Assembly: GCA_964016885.1 (NCBI GenBank)
Contig: OZ024741.1
Coordinates: 283,092,001 to 283,156,000 of the forward strand
Reading direction: 5' to 3'
Length of the DNA: 64,000 nt
Source of the DNA: Eledone cirrhosa
Taxonomy: Eukaryota
Within the stretch, counting starts at the first letter, position 1. The number at the start of each line of letters is the position of its first letter. The notes below the pieces were generated by a model. The model was not told the DNA's origin. It searched no databases and worked only from the letters and a program-made list of their open reading frames with translations. Made by a program: the position numbers and the translations under genes. Below are positions 52,170 through 63,999 of this stretch, one piece after another.

Positions 52170-52781
52170 TACATAATGGTGGCTGCCAACTCGTTTTCGA
52201 GTACGGCCACTACTTTATATCCATGTAGGAGAACCCCTACCGATGCGCTGAACGAGTGTGACTAGTCCAGCCAGCGACTTGAAAACTCTGGTACAAACAC
52301 TACACTTGTGACAATTATTGACACATAGTGCTGGGCCCATGGTACCATGTGACGACAAGTGCAGAGAGATCTCCAGATATAAAGCAATGCCTGTGCCATG
52401 AAGCTTTTATAGTGAGCAAAGGCACTGCACAAAGCCAGTCCCACTCTCTTAACCAAGATGATATTTACCAAAAAGAAGAACAAGTCAACATCATTGGATA
52501 CCATCAGAGTTGCAGGTGTTATATCAGAGTTTTCCTTCTCCTAGAATTCTGCCTTGACAAAGGCTAAGGGGTCATCTCTGCCGGTGATTTTGGATGGCCA
52601 TTGACTCTTAAGAGCTCCTTTGCCTTTTGACAGGTTTTGTTTTTAGTCCTGCAGGATGTCCAAAGTCACCCTCCTCACCAAGAAACCTTGGTGGGGTTGC
52701 CAGTTTAGTCGCCAGCAACCTGACCATGAGACAGGTTGTACTGGGATACATGTTACCAGTAGCACCAACTGGTGACCTGAC
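52170..52781 (-). mobile_element. RTE (SR2-like) 5' leader remnant
   Basis: Starts 'gtcaggtcacc' next to (TACA)n and includes 'ggactaaaaacaaaacctgtcaaaagg' and 'ctaggagaaggaaaactc', motifs recalled from RTE 5' UTRs. Strongly self-complementary. Confidence 0.5.
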
Positions 52782-52834
52782 ATACATAATACATACATAC
52801 ATACATACTTACAGGAGGACAGAAATACAAACTT

Positions 52835-53850
52835 AACCTATCATTTCTTTACGGATGACTTGAAACTCTATGCCAAGAACATAAATGGGATGAAGAAAAA
52901 TCTTGACCTGGTTACATTCTCAAAGGATATAAAGAATGGAGTTTGGCCAGGATAAATGTTTATATATGATTGTAAAGCGGGGGAAAAACTACAAGCCAAT
53001 CTAGCAATATTTTTATCAATGGCCTAACTGTTTCTCTGATAGGGATAGATGAGAATATATCCTATGATGGTATATGTAACAAGGAATGCGAACCAAGGAA
53101 TATTACACCTGATTAAGAAAAAATATGGTCATCTGAATCTCTGTGTACAATAAAACAGTGGCTCACAATGTGTCTGCTGTGCCTGTCCTAACACCAATGA
53201 TTGGAATACTCGATTGGACGTTAGACGAAATCTGAACAATTGATGTTAAAACCTGAAAAATCCTAAACAATACCAGAAACTTCCACATCAACAGTGACAT
53301 AGACTGCTTCTACTTGAAATGTAAGCAGGGAGGCAGAGGCCTAACATTAGTCCAGACAACATTTGAGTGTTGCATAATATCCCCCAACAGCATCTACGAA
53401 CCTCCAAGTGTAGGAACCCATCTATTGAGTAAATCTGTCTGTATGAGACAGATAAGATTATGAGAGTTGGTAAGGAGCTCCTTGACAAATATTCCCTGCA
53501 TGATAATCAAAAATTCACACCCAAGGAAATTACCCAACAATACCGCATTGAATCCATGGATAAAAAGTTGCATGCTTATCAGCAAAAATCATGCATGGAT
53601 ATGTTGCCAGGAGGCTCCAGAGTGAGAGTAATATAGATAAGTAAAATAATCTATCTTGGATAAACAACTGCTATATTGGCTCTCACTTTGAAGGATATGC
53701 TTTTGCAATTCAAGTGTAGGAAATCAATACAAAATACTTGATTGACAAAAGAGATAGGGATGCAGGCAAAAAAACTAGATGTGACAAATGCAGACTCTGC
53801 AGAATTAACATCGAAGATGTCACCCATGTCATAAGCAGCTGTCCATTTAT
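52835..53850 (+). mobile_element. R4/Dong-like LINE RT-CCHC fragment
   Basis: SFTDDLKLYAKN, GGRGL and CRLCRINIEDVTHVISSC. Confidence 0.8.
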
Positions 53851-53904
53851 CTGATGTTTTAATGACTAGGGCAATTTAACGCCCTATTCTTGTTAAATGT
53901 AATT

Positions 53905-54090
53905 GCTTCTAATTTTGGTACAAGGCCACCAATTTTGGTGAGAGAAGAAAGTCTATTATACCGACTTCAATATTTGACTAATACTTTATTTTATCAATCC
54001 TGAGTTAAAGGCAAAGCTGATCTCAATAGGAATTGAACTCAGAATGTATAGAGTTAAAAGAAATACCACAAAACACTTTAATGATTCTAT
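53905..54090 (-). mobile_element. Decayed tRNA-derived SINE
   Basis: 'acaaggcc...tactttattttatc...aaaggcaaag...gaactcag', homologous to 20562-20739. Confidence 0.65.
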
Positions 54091-55104
54091 TATTACAAGT
54101 CTAGAACTGCTGTCCTAATAATCATAAGCAGTATTGGCGGAAGAGGTATTCAGCAACATCCACTTTTGAGGCTGAACCTGATGTAACTTCTGTGGTCCTC
54201 TCTGGATTGGGAGAAGGGGTCTCAGGATTGTTCACTTCAGAAACCAAAAGGAATGTATTTTCTGATTCTCCCCAAAGCTGCAGCCAATAGTATGACTGCT
54301 GGTGGTATAACTGGTACTAAATTCTCTGGGACTTTCTACCTAACACCAGCTATTTTATTGTCTTTAATTTGGTGCCCATAATGGGGCCCAGTTTTTTATG
54401 GCCTTCATGTGCTATGGTGATTAGGCATTAAATTGTTATAATCATTAGAGCATCAGATAAATGTGAAGCAGTATTTGTTCTGCCTTTTTATGTTCTGAAT
54501 TTAAATTCTGTTGAAGACTTGTAAATCTATGCTGACACCTTACAACCACATATCATTTCTTACTACTTTAGCACTTATTACCTACCTATTTTTCTATACA
54601 AAGACAATAATGACATGGGGGTTATATTACATACTATTCTCCTTTGTATTACCTTTCCCATATACTGGTGTACGGGCTTATGGTGTACAAGCTTATGAAT
54701 GGATGTGACAAATTGTTCTGCTTGTCTGTAAGCTATATCCTTGATCATGAAACTCAGGCAGATAGACCCATAAGCATTATTTTTTTCTATATATTATCCC
54801 AGGCATCTGCCAGAGCTTCCTTTAAGTCATCTTTTGAATTGTGAGACAAAGCTAGACAAGTTTCCTCTATGTTAGCTTCTGAATATATTCTTTGAACTGG
54901 GAGAAGAATTTCTATTGAATTTAATATAGCCACATGTCTATTTTGGACTGTGCTTTTGCCATGTCTAAAGATTCAACATTGGAGTCTGTATGATGGAAAA
55001 TGACTTCATGTATGCACTTTTCACTTGGTGACAAATTCATTGTTATTGTTGTTATATAACCAGAAGGATTTGAACTCAGAATGTAAAATGCCACAGACAT
55101 TTCG

Positions 55105-55352
55105 ATAAAGGTGGTAATACTATCACCCTTTGGAGCCTTAGGAACAGTAAATAAAGATTTTGAGAATTACATTAAACATATAAAGATTGCAGTACAGCCA
55201 GAGCACTTGCAGAAAACAGCACTGTCTGGAACAGCTCAAATGCTCAGGAGGGTGCTTGAAAAATAAAAGGGTGTTAACTCAGCTCATTGGCAGTGAACAG
55301 CTGACACCATAATACATCACCTGCATTAGAAGCTGAGCAAAGAAAACATAAT
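55105..55352 (+). mobile_element. RLE-LINE (R4-like) extreme 3' fragment
   Basis: GALGTV...HLQKTALSGTAQMLRRVLE* followed by a short UTR and (TAA) tail. Confidence 0.7.
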
Positions 55353-55500
55353 AATTTGATTTTTGTGAAGGCAATATAAGAACAATGGCTGATGGAGTTT
55401 ACACTGAATTAGATATGAGAAAATAGGCCTAAAAAAACAATAGTATTTGCTGTTGATGTAAGACAATGTTTCTAACTTTTATTATACTTCCATTTTGCAG

Positions 55501-55704
55501 GGCAGCAGATTGACAGTATCGGTAGAGCGTCAGACAATATGCTTTGCAGCATAGAGTTACGGCCCTTTATGATCTGAGTTCAAATCCCACTGAGGTTAAC
55601 TTTGCCTTTCATCCTTACGGGGTCGATAAAATAAAGTACTGGGGTCGATTTAATCGAATTTCCCCTCACCCAAAATTGTTGGCCTTGTGCCTATATACAA
55701 AACC
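55501..55704 (+). mobile_element. tRNA-derived SINE with 20-bp TSD
   Basis: ATTATACTTCCATTTTGCAG at 55481-55500 and 55705-55724. The body matches 20799-20995. Confidence 0.95.
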
Positions 55705-55724
55705 ATTATACTTCCATTTTGCAG

Positions 55725-55916
55725 AATATTGTGAGGAGTGTATGAAGGATGGGTCATCATCCATTAGGCTTCATCCATATCGTTGCGATGCTTACATCAC
55801 GTGTCTGATGGGACACTCAGGCGCATTTATAGCTTATGAAATGCCTTGTCCTACTGGCCTATACTTTCAGAAGGATTCAAATACTTGTGGCCTACAGATG
55901 GAAGTATGCAAAATAA
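55725..55916 (+). CDS. Chitin-binding type-2 (CBM14/peritrophin-A) exon of gene B, Pif-like
   Basis: Acceptor ttttgcAG and donor GTAAGT at 55917; 192 nt, phase 1-1. YCEECMKDG...HPYRCDAYITC...EMPCPTGLYF....TC.....C matches the Pif-type ChtBD2 pattern. Confidence 0.9.
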
Positions 55917-56548
55917 GTAAGTGTTCACAAATTTTTCAATTTCATAAATATTAGAATTTTATAATTGTTTACATCATATATTATGATAGAAAATTCTTTT
56001 TTTGTTTACATAAATTAACAAAAAATTGACAATTTGCAGAAAGAAAGTAATCAGTGAAAAAAAGATAGAAACAAAAAATAAGCAATAAAGCAGAAAAAAA
56101 AAGAGGGAGAAGATACACATGCTCAATTATATGCTACAACAGAGGGTGCTGGAGTTTCCCATGAATAATGTTTGAGCCATCCAAAACACCCGTGGCATTG
56201 CCACAAGTAAGGCAAGACTAACATAATCATTATCATTTTGATTTTATTCTTATTTTCATCCTTATACTTCATTTTAAAATATATTTTTACTCTTATTTTC
56301 ACTCTCACTTTTTACAATGACACAAATACCATAACCTTTTTTTCCATGGTCACTATTGCTATTGTAGCTGTCATTTTTTATTCTTGGTTTTATTTTTACT
56401 TTCATCTTTAGCTTTATTTTTATCTTTAAACTATTACTATTATTATCAGAGGGTATTAGCCATAGCTGTCAAGGTTACCCTAGCTTTTTGTGGACTTTCT
56501 TCATGAGTGTTCCTCGAAGGGGGAATTTGTTATTTGATTTTTTAACTG

Positions 56549-56688
56549 TTTATTTTTTTAGTCTTTGTTATAAACTTTATTTTTTTAGTCTTTGTTATAA
56601 ACTTTATTTTTTTAGTCTTTGTTATAAACTTTATTTTTGTTAGTCTTTGTTATAAACTTTATTTTTTTAGTCTTTGTTATAAACTTTT
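56549..56688. repeat. Minisatellite, ~28-30 bp unit x5
   Basis: 'ttttttagtctttgttataaactttat' repeated five times. Confidence 0.9.
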
Positions 56689-56929
56689 TACACAAAACAC
56701 TCAATCTTAATTATGTTCTCATAACACGAGCTCTGTGTGGATAATAAAAAAACTATTATTAATATGATTTGAAACTTCCTTTGAATTCTGCTTCTTTCCC
56801 AAACCATGCCAAGTATCAACCTGACACTTGAGGCAAATTTTGGTAGTAAACACATTTTACAATCAATTCTTATACAAATGATGCCATAAGGGCATAAACA
56901 ACAGTAAATGTCTTTGCAAGGTATTTAAA

Positions 56930-57460
56930 TTAATAAAACCCTTCTCAGGGCATGGACATTGCCAGTCAGCACTATTTTCTGTATCCTTTGTAGAAACAGC
57001 TTTCCAGGTATCTGGTCCAAATATTTTTCAGTTTCTTTTTTTATTATTTCAAGTGCACCAACTATCATTGATATTGTACAGGCTTTAAGATGTCACATTT
57101 TCTCAACTTCATTTGTCAGATCTTATATTTACTGAACTTTCAGAACTCTTTTAACGCTTATGTTATTTAAGAAACATGATTTCTCTTTATGGTCCTTCAC
57201 AATTATGTCATTGTTCTGTCACTGTTCACAGGGAAGTCCCATAGGATTATCATGTTCTTGTTTCCTGTTACTGCATCTAGGTGATAGTTGTACCATTTTG
57301 CCTTTGTTTTTATACCCAGTGTATCTACTTTCTCATTTTTAGAAAATGTGCAGCGTATGAGAAATTATTTCTTTGAAAATTTTAAAAAGTTCTTTGCCCT
57401 CTCCATTTCTGAAAGAATCTCTTTCCAGTCATCTAGTTAACCACTTTATCCAAACAATGG
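56930..57460 (-). mobile_element. R4/Dong-like RLE fragment
   Basis: Minus strand DIIVKDHKEKSCFL...IVGALEIIKK...IQKIVLTGNVHALRRV. Confidence 0.65.
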
Positions 57461-57584
57461 AACAAAATATGTAAACAAAATTGTTGAAATAAGAACAAAA
57501 ATTAAACATAAACTCCGACACACTGTGTGTGTAGCTCGGGTCATTCTTCACGTTCTTTTCTAGTTGTTGTTGTTAACTTCACGA

Positions 57585-59155
57585 AATTGGCCCTCAACCA
57601 ATTCTTCAACACAAAGCACAAAGGCGGCATTTCAGAGATAGGGTGCATGCTCTCAGACACGAGGGGACGAAAGCCGTTCCATGGGCCTGAGTGGCGAAGG
57701 CAGATCGTGGCAACAAAGCCATGATCCAGTCTTTGGAGGTTCATGATGGGCACATGTTACTCAATCCCAGGCAAATGTGTGTGGCTTTTCAGCGACACTT
57801 AGCTCAGCTCTTTGGGGGGGGGCCAGTGGCGGGCTCGATCACGGAATGGACTTTAGTGCCTACCGCAATGGATTGCTGTGGCTTTCAGCTACTGAGGTGG
57901 AGTGTTGTGAAAAGCCGATAACAGCCGCTCCAGAACGGGAGGCAATGACTGGCTGCATGATGGGTAAATCGCCTCGTTTGAATAGTCTGCCCTACGAGCT
58001 TTACTTACACATGCCAGACTTGTTCGGCAACCTCTTGGTGGACGTCTACTGCAACTGGCAGCAGAACAGGAGAATTCCCAGCTCTGTGAGCTGAGGAGTT
58101 GTGGCACTGTTGAGAAAGGACCCAAACAAGGGGGATAACATAGACAATTTCAGGCCCATAACTCTGCTAAATGCAGAGTTCAAGATTTTGGCCAAGGTGC
58201 TAGCAAAGAGGTTGTAGCTTGTCATCAGTGGTTTGGTGGGAGAGGCCCAGACATGTGCCATTCCAGACAGATCCACCTGTGACAACCTCCACCTCATGCA
58301 ATACATCGTGGAGAGGGTAGCTATGGAACCTGGCACGGGTGGGTCCTTGATCAATTTAGATCAGTCAAAAGCTTTCGATAGGGTCAACCATTGTTATCTG
58401 GCGGTAGTGCTGAGGGCGGCCAGCTTTGGGCCCATCTGCTCTGTGGTGAGAATGAATGGTCACCTTTCAGAACCATTCAACATCATGCGCTCGGTTCGCC
58501 AAGGATGTCGCCTCTTATCTCTGTTGTACAATTTGACACTCGAGCCATTACTGCATAAACTGGAGACGTTAAGAGGTGTCCCACACGAACTGTGATGTGG
58601 GAGAACCATGTTAGTATATGCCAACGATGTCACCATAGTGGTATCAAACACCAAACGCATCAAGGTGATTGGCACTACACTAAGAGAATAAGAGGCAGTG
58701 ACAGGAGCAATGATCAAACAGGAAAAGTTGGTGGGCCTGTGGCTTGGACCCTGGAGAAGCAGGTCCATGCCATCCAACAGCATTGTCGGGTGCTAGATGG
58801 ACGGACCAGTTAAATTGCTAAGAGTCTAGTTCGGTCTGGATGGACAAAAACTGGGACAAGGTGATGAGCAGGGTGGCCTCTCTAACCCAGAAATGGGTCG
58901 AGAGGAAGCTCTCCCTGAAAGGTCGAGTGGAGGTGGCGAACGCGTACATCCCATCCATCATCTACTACCACCTGACTGTCATGCCTTGTCCTAAGCCTCA
59001 CCTGACTGCACTGGAGCATTTGCTCTTTCGCTTTGTGTAGAAGGGACACGCTCCGATGGTCAGGCAGTCCATCTGCTGTCAACACCCACTACACAGAGGG
59101 CTGGGCATGCCGTAGCTGATGATGTGCAGACATGCGCTCAGGCTACAGCATCTCC
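57585..59155 (+). mobile_element. L1/Tx1 LINE RT fragment (same family as 15640-19535)
   Basis: LPYELY, QTCAIP, DQSKAFDRV, VRQGC, RKLSLKGR. Confidence 0.9.
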
Positions 59156-61620
59156 ACCTCTTCCTGGTCTATTGTCTTTTCCTTCAGTACAACTTTGGGC
59201 ATTGGCTTCCTACATACTCTCAGACATATTTGTGCAGACTGCTTTTCTCCATCTGAACACAGTCCTCTTTGCTGATCTCCACCTTCAGATAACTTTAAGT
59301 AGAGTCTATTAACATCACTCCTCTTGTGGAAGTCATTAGCTTCCTAGTCTTTGAATCCATTTCTTTTTGTTCAGTAACATTCCATTTCAGAATTCCCACA
59401 GAATTATTACCTAATAATAGACACAGCTCGGGAATTTACTACACTTATGACATTCCTACTATTTAAGTGTGATTTTAGTATGTTCCTTACTCTCATTATG
59501 TATTCAGATCTTATGAATTCCTTCATTTTATTGTTATTGATGTCATCTGCCTCCAGAACGCCCAAATATTTGTATCCCTCTTCAGTGTCAATTTCCTTTA
59601 TCATCTCATCTGATGGTACCTGGATTCAGTTGCTTCTGTTCAATTTACCCCTCTTCATCACTTGGACTCTACACTTAATAACACCAAATTCCATATATAT
59701 ATCATTGCTGAAATTACGGACAGTGTTAACAAGTACATCCAACTCCTCCTTTTTCCCAAAGAGTTTTAGATCATCCATGAAGAGGAGGTGGTTGATGGTA
59801 AGCTCTCTTCTTCCAAGCTTGTATCCTGCTTTCACTTTTCGCAATATGAGGGACAAGGGTATGAGGATACGGACAAACCATATCCTTGGAAGATACCTCT
59901 CTTGATCTTCACGCCTCCCAAGGACTCTCCACCTGATGTTAGCTCTGTTTCCCAGAACTTCATACTTTTACTTAATAACTGTCTGATGTTGTCTGCCACC
60001 TTGAAGATCTCTAAGCTTTTGGTTATCCAAGAATGAGGAACAATGTCGAATCCCTTCTTGTAATCTATCCATCCCATGGCAATACTAGTATGCCTCCTCT
60101 TGCAATTCCTTATTACCATCTTATCAATAAGTAACTGGTCTTTTGTACCATGGGACTTCTTTTAGCATACTTTCTGTTCGTCCGGCAATAAGTTGTTTAT
60201 GTGGAGATGATAGTAGATAGTAGATTTCCTCAGACACAATGCTTATTAGCAGTTTCCACATTACGGACAGACATAGGTGGTAACCTCATTACCCTTGATT
60301 CCGTTTTTCATTACCAGAACTGTGGTACCTTTTGTCAACAACTCTGGTACTTCACCCGACCCCAAGCAGTCATTGAACATGGCTGTCAGTTTTGGGAGGA
60401 GGGATGTTATATTTTTATCCAATATCCTTGCACCCCATCTGCACCTGGTGATTTCCAGTTGGCTAGTTTATTGGCCTGCTTTTTAAAAGTTTCAACTGTG
60501 ATACTCAAATCAGGTTGTTGGTGTGCTTATTCACTAATCTCCTTTTTAACTGTCTCAATCCACACTGCCTGACTATTATGTTCAACATCCTGCTCCCATA
60601 TTCCTCTCCAAAATGCCTTAGTCTGTTCAGCTTCAGGGATCACGTTGTTACCTCTTTCTTTCCCTTCAAGCTGTCCAACCAACATCTTCTGGTTGTTGTC
60701 AAACATGCAGTTCTGTCTATACTGACTAACTCTGTTCTCATATTGCTTAATCTTTGTGCTTTGTGCTACAATGTGTTGCTTAAGTTCCTCTATGATAACA
60801 TTTAGTTATCCCTTAGTGTTGTATTTTATTTTCAATCTATCTTTAGTGTCTATGTTTTGTAATGTCTCATTTAGTAAATATTCACGCTTTCCAATGTCTT
60901 TTCTCATTTCCTTGATTTGACCTTTCAGTCGTTTCTTCCACCAAGGCTCTGGTCTTTCTTGTTTGTTGTTTCCTCTCGTTTTTTCACTGCATTTGTGATG
61001 GCTTTGAGGATATCGTTGCATTGGTGAAGGTTCTTCCCCTCAAAGTATGGATTGACACTGTTTACCTTAGCAGTCATTTCTTTTAATTTTTTCCTGTCTA
61101 CAAGTCTTAGGTTCATAGTTTTTCCACTATCATTGTTCATTTCATCTACCACTAAGTTCAGAATATCAAGAAAATCTTGCCCTAGTCCGTCAGCATTCAT
61201 TTCCTCAATGGCCGTATCTTTGTTCCAGATGTTATTTATTTCAGCATTCAGGTCATTGTTCGGTTGTTGCTTCCTCAGGTCTCTCAACCTTTTCACCCTC
61301 ATTTTCCACTGGCTCATTTGCCTGATGTACTCCACTCTCCATTTCCAACTCAATCTCTTTGCGCAGTTCCTCTAGTTCCAACTCGCTTATCCATCCATTA
61401 GTTCTTATTACACGAGCCTGACCCCCCAATTTTTGTTCACCTAATTTAAATAGACCAACCACATTCCAAATTTTATGCATCCATTTCCTATAGCCTTTTT
61501 CCATGGGGTCACTCTTCAGGTAACATTTCATGACAGTTCTATTCAATTCTTTCATCCAGTTGGTTCTTGTCCCATTCCTTCCTCCTCCAATGCCAGCAGT
61601 ATTTGTTTTTAACATGACAC
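59156..61620 (-). mobile_element. R4/Dong LINE 5' two-thirds (N-terminal domain + RT)
   Basis: GYRKWMHKIW...EQKL..Q.R.I...[46 protein letters not shown]. Confidence 0.9.
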
Positions 61621-61695
61621 CATCACATTAAAAAAAAAAAAATTAAGTTTCGCAACAATTTATACAATTTATCTATCATTATTTTTGTGCTTATG

Positions 61696-62045
61696 TGGGT
61701 CGATAAAATAAAGTACCAGTAATGCACTGGGTAATTGCTGGCCTTGTGCCTAAAGTAGAAACAATTATTTTTGTGCTGTCTTTAATGTTTTCTTAATGTG
61801 AGTTCCGTTTATAAATCATTATTGTTATCATTATTATCATTATTGCCGAGGTTAACTTTGCCTTTCATCCTTACGGGTCGATAAAATAAAGAACCAGTAA
61901 TACACTGGGATAATTGCTGGCCTTGTGTCAAAAGTAGAAACAATTATTATCATCATTATCATCATCATTATTATCATTATTATTATCATCAATACTATTA
62001 TTATCATCATGATCATGATCATCATTATTATTATTATTATTATTG
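61696..62045 (+). mobile_element. Two 5'-truncated SINE copies embedded in (ATT/ATC)n microsatellite
   Basis: 'gggtcgataaaataaag.accagtaa...ggccttgtg...aagtagaaacaatt' at ~61696-61768 and ~61845-61945. Confidence 0.85.
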
Positions 62046-62051
62046 TTCTTT

Positions 62052-62530
62052 GTCTTCACCCCTCGACCAGTCGAGCAATACAATCGCTGGAAACTCCACC
62101 TTGGCTTTCTATAGAGGTTTAGTGGAGGGAAAGAGCAATGACGTCCTTGGGGAGACTCTAGGCGTCGATGAAAACCAACTAGCCAATCTCTTCGGGAGAA
62201 CTTTCGGGCCGGGGCCCATGGACAACTTCCAGAAATCCCTGGCCTGGCTGTGCTACCGAGGAGCGTTGCCAGTTCGAGATAGACTCTACAGGCATGGAAG
62301 TGCTGTCAGCCAAGCCTGTCCGAGATGCACACAGGGCGATGAAACCGTCCTGCACGCACTCGTCCAGTGTCCGAGCATTGCTGACTTGTGGGTTTATGCC
62401 GAACACTTGCTGTCACATGTAGAACGGATCCAGCTATCAGCTGAGTCCATTGTGAAAACTGCTCCGCCGCCTTCCTTTAGCCGAGAAGGGCAGGCAGTTT
62501 TTATCTGCCTGGTGGCCATGGTAAAAGAGA
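62052..62530 (+). mobile_element. L1/Tx1 C-terminal zf-RVT fragment
   Basis: LAWLCYRGALPVRDRL...CPRCTQGDETVLHALVQC. Confidence 0.85.
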
Positions 62531-62659
62531 GTGGAAAATGTGCCCTAATCAACATCAAGCTGCTACTGGCAGCCTCATATATTCAAGGCATATCAGAGGG
62601 TCCTTGCTGTTCCCAGTATGCATGCCTTCTTGGGGTGTTCCAAAAAGGGGGCTGGGTTC

Positions 62660-63123
62660 TTTAAATATCCTTGGAAGCTCTTCAAGATAGTACCTAATGC
62701 TCCTATGATGATGGGGAATACCTTTATCTCATGACGATTCCTTTTCAGTTCCCACATTAAATCTGGTACCAGTTAATTTTCTCTTTCTCCTTTTCTTGTA
62801 CTCTTGTATCAAAGAAGCAAGCTACATCTACAATCAAGCACAATCTTTTTTCCTTGTCAAAAACCACCAGGTCAGGCCTTTTGTGTTCTAATGTGTGTCC
62901 ATTTGTATCCTGAAATTGCACAGCACCTTCAAGTGGTCATTTTCTATTACCAACTCTGGCTTATGCTTATACCATTTCTCAGAATGAAGTAATTTGTTTT
63001 GTTTGCATAAATGCCAGTGAACCACTTTTCGTATGATTTCATGCCTTCATCCTTTATAGTGAGTCTGGGCTAGATTCTTACACTCAGATACGATGTGAGC
63101 CACAGTTTCCTCTCTGTCTCCAC
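62660..63123 (-). mobile_element. R4/Dong LINE RLE fragment
   Basis: Homologous to 19620-20075 (ETVAHIVSEC, RPDLVVFDK, IIGALGTI). Confidence 0.85.
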
Positions 63124-63222
63124 TTTATGTAAATGAGCCATCAACAATAATAGATTATTTACAAATCTTATATAAGTAGATATATGCTTCTATGACCTCA
63201 ATAACTCAGGGGTTGTAAGCAT

Positions 63223-63265
63223 CTGCTGATGAAGAAATAAGATTTTCTGAAATATTGATATGCAG
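63223..63265 (+). ncRNA. Minimal type I hammerhead ribozyme-like motif (probably inactive, G at cleavage position)
   Basis: CTG-CTGATGA-AGAAA(taagat)TTTCT-GAA-ATAT(tg)ATAT-G-CAG: intact core boxes, 5-bp stem II, palindromic stem III, 3-bp stem I. Confidence 0.55.
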
Positions 63266-63354
63266 TCCTTTCATACAAATATGAAGGTAACTGTGATATA
63301 ATCACAGTTTTAAATTATTTAACCACCCTAGTGTTGGTGATTTACATGTTAAAC

Positions 63355-63630
63355 ATACCCACTGTAAACTGGTTGGAGATAGGAAGAGTATCCAGTCATA
63401 GAAATCTTTCCAAACAAAGGGTTGGGAGGACCCTCAGTTGTGTCAAAGGCATGACAACCTCTCCACTGCACTTGATAGAATGTGAAACTGCACATTAGTG
63501 CACAGGTCCCACGCCTGCCTGCAAGATCAGGGGTTCCACTTTAGTATGGAGTTGGTCTATATGCATAAGACCCATCAAAGCTTGCTATCAGGGTAAGCGG
63601 ATGTTAAAATGACAATGATGATGATTATGA
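63355..63630 (+). mobile_element. RTE-tailed SINE/3'UTR fragment
   Basis: 'cactgtaaactggttggagataggaagagtatccagtc' ... 'gttaaaatgac' + (GAT)n. Confidence 0.6.
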
Positions 63631-63882
63631 TATATATATATATATATAATATTAAGGATACTATTTATGGTTATGTATATACTAAAACTTTTTATAGTTA
63701 TATATATTTTAAACCCTAAACAGTGAAGGTCATTAATTTATTACTACCTTATTACCAGTAAGATAAGTAGCTCAATGTAATAACATCAGTTGTTCTACAG
63801 AGCAGTTATATAGAATTCAATTATATGAAACAATTGTAAGTGAATAAATGTTTTGAACATAGCTTTGATTCTTGTGAATTCT

Positions 63883-63942
63883 CTATATATATATATTAAA
63901 AAATACATATATATATACATATATATATACATATATATATAC

Positions 63943-63999
<57 letters not shown>

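Noticed and set aside
55544-55954. 136-aa ORF as a single-exon gene
   Set aside because: The N-terminal part is SINE sequence read through by chance. Only 55725-55916 is bounded by splice sites.
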